A stretch of DNA of 41,948 nucleotides, from NCBI RefSeq assembly GCF_006345805.1, contig NW_021835326.1, forward strand, positions 1 through 41,948, given 5' to 3'. Below the pieces are notes generated by a model. It was not told the DNA's origin. It searched no databases and worked only from the letters and a program-made list of their open reading frames with translations. Position numbers and translations under genes: made by a program. This DNA is from Octopus sinensis (lineage: Eukaryota). Shown piece by piece: positions 37,553 through 41,948 of the stretch (within the stretch, counting starts at the first letter, position 1; each line of letters opens with the position of its first letter).

Positions 37553-39792
37553 TATTTCAAAACATTTGCCATAAAGGCAGTACACAGATTAAGTTAGCTT
37601 TGCGGGCTGGACGAGGACATTAATGAGGTGAATGATAATGAAAGAAAGATGATAAGGATGGGAGAACAAAAAGCGCCCGCCGACTTTCGCTTCTCTAAAA
37701 CATGTTCTTTTAAAGATAAACACAAAACGAGGTATTAAACCTCTTACAATTTTTCCAATTTTGGGACTTAGCAGTCCATTATTATAATACACAACGAGGT
37801 ATTAATCCTCTTACAATTTTTCAATTTTGGACTTAAGTCCATTACTAATAATAACAGTTCAATAATTACATATCGTCCTCGAAATAGCTTGTGCCCGCGC
37901 CCGCGCCTCCACCATCAACCACGCCTCCCTCAGAACGTAGTCAAGTTCCGAGTTCGCGTCGCCCGGGACCAAGTTATAATCTTCATTGAGCTCCTTTAGC
38001 CCAAGCGTCACGTCGAACGCCACGGCCTCCACAGCTACCTGCGGAGGCCATTCGGGGTCCTGTGTGAAGGCTAAAGGTGCTCCCTTGTAGTGCTCTTCCA
38101 TCACTTTTTCAATTTCTCCTCCTCTATAGAAGAGGACCAATACGTTCAGTTCTTTCGTTGGCGGCACAGTTTCCGCCAACGGTATTCCTTCTCTTGTCAG
38201 TGGCACAACCCCAACCGACGTAGTTCCGGGACATTCCGGTGCTACACTGACAGCCGGTAATGTCCCGTTTTTCTTCCTCTTTTTCTTTTTTATTCCCTTT
38301 TCAACTGAGGGAGGGTGCGTCTCCTCCGTGGCTGGAAGATTCGCCTTCTCTCCTCATCCTATTATCCTTTGGTGAGCACCCATTGTTGCTCACCTTCCTC
38401 TTTCGGCCTCTGTTTGAGGAGTCCTCTGCTTTCTCGGCCGTTATCGTTCCCTCTTCTAGAGGGGTTTTACTTAACTGTTCCGGGATCCTATTTTGTTCCG
38501 AGGACAGTTCTTCTTTATGTGGCCGGACTCCAAGCACCGATGACACTTAGGGGGGCGACCCTCAAGCATCACCGGGTACCTGCACCCGGCCATTTTCAAA
38601 AAATCTGGAAGAACCAGATTGGCTGATTGGGTCCACAGGGTCAAAATTGCTTTTGACCCAACCCAAGCAGCCGCAGGAAGAACTTTTACATTGAGGAGTT
38701 TAGTTTCGCTGTCACCCAGACCCCGCGGATAGTCTCCTCTATCCACTCGGGTTCTATGTCGGGTGGCAGTCCGCAAATCCAAGCTTTCATCAATTTCTTT
38801 TTTTGTACGTGGGCAGGAATAAAATTCCTTACCCTCCAGGGGTTTGCTAGCAAATTTGCAAGCCTCTTCAGGGGTGTCAAATAGCAACCACACCGTTGCA
38901 TATTTGACACCCCTGGAAATGAATTTAATTGTTGGCAAATACTCTTCCAACTCCTTTTCAATTGCCGTCTTTTCGAATAGGGCGATGGTGTCAAGTGCCT
39001 TGGAGTAGGTTCTCAACACTATCTTCACGGTCTTTTAACCACTTTTTAGGTGGTATGATTTCCCACTCCAAAATTTTGTTATTTTTCATTGCCATGTTTT
39101 TTTAAAAAATATATTCAAATTAAACTCAAAAGCAGGAAGAAAAAAGTTCAAAAGTCCAAATAAAATTTGATAGATTTTTGAAAAAACAAAAAGGAGAAAG
39201 CACAACAGAAGGGAAGAAAATAACGGAAAGTCGCAATAAAGAAAAAAAACAAAAGGGGGGGTGGGTTAATGAAGTTCAAAAGAAAGTTAATAAACAGAAA
39301 AAACACAGCAAAAATATTCTGGCCTTGCGGTACTCCCGGCCTGGGTTGAACTGGAACGCCGCAACTGCAAAAAACCTCCACAAAAATGGGTCCGAAAGGT
39401 AATCCAATAGTGGCTTATTTTATAATTTTCTTGCGAAGTACTCTGACAAGGGAATAAATTCAACAAAACCCAAACACAGCACTGGCTACCGCCAACGGTA
39501 ATTTTAACAGTAACTGTATTGAATTTCGAGATACGCCCCTCCACTGTTTTTTCTTTTTTTTTCAATGAACACAAAAACGGCAGCCGCCGAGAGCAGGCGA
39601 AATTGTCTCAGAGTTGGACACAACTTACTGAAATAATAATGGCACGCAATAAATTATGCCCAACTCACAATAAACAAAATCACTTACCTCGACAACTTTC
39701 CGTTTTTGGTCTTTTTTCTTTAATTGGACGGAGCTGATTGACTCGCGTCCACTCTGGCTGAACAGGAAGCAACTGACTAATTGCGCATGTGC
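37553..39792 (-). mobile_element. ORF1-only (HAL1-like) non-autonomous retroelement with a 15-bp TSD
   Basis: Exact TSD GTTAGCAAGCTACTT at 37538-37552 and 39793-39807. It holds one decayed gag-like ORF and no RT or endonuclease sequence. Confidence 0.75.
37859..39095 (-). pseudogene. Frameshifted gag/ORF1-like gene with a CCHC zinc knuckle and a possible RRM-like N-terminal half
   Basis: ATG at 39095 (MAMKNNKILEWEIIPPKKW). Consecutive frames give ...ATVWLLFDTPEEACKFASKPL, KAWICGLPPDIEPEWIEE, YPVMLEGRPPKCHRCLESGHIKKNCP (CX2CX4HX4C at 38504-38545), a basic KKKKRKK patch and a C-terminal helical region ending at 37859. At least 4 frameshifts are needed; about 410 codons in total. Confidence 0.75.
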
Positions 39793-39859
39793 GTTAGCAA
39801 GCTACTTACCACACAGCCATCCCTGCGCCTATTATGTACATTATTTACATTATTTACAT

Positions 39860-41003
39860 TTGACGTACAATATTACAACAACAGTACAATATAAAATAGG
39901 GAATAGCTCACTGACCGCGAACCCAGAAAGTATAAGTGAGGTACTTAGTGAGCAATTTAAAAGTGTCTTCAAATCCCCGCTTGAACAAATGCAGATTTTT
40001 AAAAAAATCCCTACTGAATTGTTTAATATTTCAGCACTAATAAAAAAGGCGCCAATCATCGATTGCATCAACATTGAGGAGACAGATGAAGCAGCTGCCA
40101 TAGATGAAATGAGCTCAAGCTCAGCAACTGGGGCCGATGGCTTCCCAGCTATTCTCCTCAGGACTTGTAGGCAGACTTTAGCGAAACCACTTCACACACT
40201 TTTCCAGAGTGGCGTTGGTGGCTGTGGTGAATGGTTGTAGCGATAGTGGTGGTGGTGATGGTGGTGGACTACTGCTCTCAGCGTTGGTCACTCCAGCGTG
40301 TCAAACTAACAGCGGAGCTTCAAGTGGCCCAACGGCATTACACTAAAAAGACTGAAACAGGGCAGCAGATGAACTACAGGGAGAGGCTGAAAAACCTACG
40401 ACTTTACTCTTGGAGCGACAGATATGTAATAATTTACATATGGAAAGTTCTAGAAGGGCTAGTACCTAATTTCGGCATTGAATGTTATACAAATACAGTG
40501 GAGGCGCGTGGCTTAGTGGTTAGGGTGTTGAACTCATGATCGTAAGGTTGTGGTTTCGATTCCTGGACCGGGCGATGCATTGTGTTCTTGAACAAAACAC
40601 TTCATTTCACGTTGCTCCAGTCCACTCAGCTGGCAAAAATGAGTAATCTTGCGATGGACCGGCGTCCCGTCCAGGTGGGAAATTTCTACGCCACTGAAAC
40701 CGGGAAACCAGCCCTTATGAGCCTCGCATGGCTCGAGAAGGAACGTTTTTATGTTTTAAATGCCAGAACTGGGAGCACTTGTACCAAAGGTACTATTCAC
40801 TCCATCTAAATTCAGGATCAGGAACTACAATAGCTTAGCGTTCAAAGTCCCACAGCTCTTCAATGCCCTGACACGAAAATTAAGAAATTTATATAAGATG
40901 GAAGCAGATGTCTTTAAAAAGGAACTAAACCTCCTTTTCACAATAGCGGTTGAACCAAGGGCCCAGCATGAAGTACAAACGAGGGGAGCGGAATCTAACT
41001 AGC
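39860..41003 (+). mobile_element. Decayed CR1-like LINE ORF2 fragments; RT core missing and a SINE inserted
   Basis: SEVLSEQFKSVF...SSSSATGADGFPAILLRTCRQTLAKPLHTLFQS (region before the RT domain); QVAQRHYTKK...NYRERLKNLRLYS...RYVIIYIWKVLEGLVPN; NSLAFKVPQLFNALTRKLRN...FKKELN...RGAESN (CR1-type C-terminus). Confidence 0.82.
40498..40750 (+). mobile_element. SINE family C, full length, inserted into the CR1-like LINE
   Basis: GGCGCGTGGCTTAGTGGTTAGGG (A box) ... GGTTTCGATTCC (B box). The LINE reading GIECYTN|ARTG is split across the insertion. Confidence 0.9.
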
Positions 41004-41186
41004 TCATACACATAATAGGACAACAGTTAGGACAAACGTAAATACAGGAATGGTGATGTAAAGCCCACTCCACCTCAGCATGAAGAAATTAGCAAAACCT
41101 CGGTGGTGCTCCTGCATGACTGCATCTATATGGCTGAAATGAATAAAAGGATACACACACACACACACACATATATATATACATAC

Positions 41187-41219
<33 letters not shown>

Positions 41220-41503
41220 CATTAATATGTATATATATATAATATATACATTAATATGTATATAGATATATATACATTAATATGTATATAGATATATATA
41301 CATAAATATGTATATACATATATATACATAAATATGTATATACATATATATACACACAGATATATATACACGCACACACAAGTAATTACTTGCACTTAAG
41401 ATACTCACGCGCGTGCGTATATATATATATATATACATATTAGGAGTCGAAATATTCTTGTCCACATGTTTATCAAAACGTTGTTGTGTTGGCAAAAACT
41501 AAT

Positions 41504-41539
<36 letters not shown>

Positions 41540-41657
41540 CAGTAGTAAAACTTGTAGAAGAAATAAGAAAAAATTCAAGCACTGTTTACTTGCAACAACA
41601 CTGTGCATCTCAGCTGCACGTTGCCAATAAGGTGAAACAAAATAAAATGGGAATAAC

Positions 41658-41695
<38 letters not shown>

Positions 41696-41948
41696 CAACA
41701 ACAATATTACCGTAAAGAAAGAACAATAACACGTGATTTATTAGTTTTACAAAAATTACAACAGGCAATAATTACGACAACGCAATAATTATGATGACGG
41801 TGACGGTGAGGGGACGACGATGATGATGAGGCTGATGATGTAATGATGACGACGACGAGGGTGGTAACAATGACTATAGGAGGTGGGGGTACGAAGGAGG
41901 GTTTGTTTATGGCCATGATGACAAAACCAAGAATAGGAATAACAAATT

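Overview
This is AT-rich, repeat-saturated animal DNA, not prokaryotic. The tRNA-derived SINE families and the dense (TA)n/(CA)n/(CAT)n/(AAT)n/(TTC)n tracts match what I recognise from octopus (coleoid cephalopod) genomes; that assignment is recognition, not a search. I find no recognisable host gene, rRNA, true tRNA or CRISPR array. Almost all ORFs in the supplied track are microsatellite or SINE read-through artefacts. One possible orphan exon lies at 13321-13421 (-). Supported content: (1) five tRNA-head SINE families, labelled A-E here, some as multimers; (2) decayed LINE fragments: an L1/Tx1-like 3' end, two tandem R4/Dong-like copies in (AAT)n tracts, and a CR1-like copy; (3) a 253-bp near-perfect palindrome inside a (TA)n tract; (4) a 2.24-kb element at 37553-39792 (-) with an exact 15-bp target-site duplication, encoding only a frameshifted gag/ORF1-like CCHC-knuckle protein (HAL1-like), with a possible 5'-UTR intron; (5) about seven degenerate minimal type I hammerhead-ribozyme folds in several microsatellite-adjacent repeats, one at the 3' end of a tRNA-head SINE. 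Repeat boundaries were read by eye and are approximate unless a TSD is quoted.
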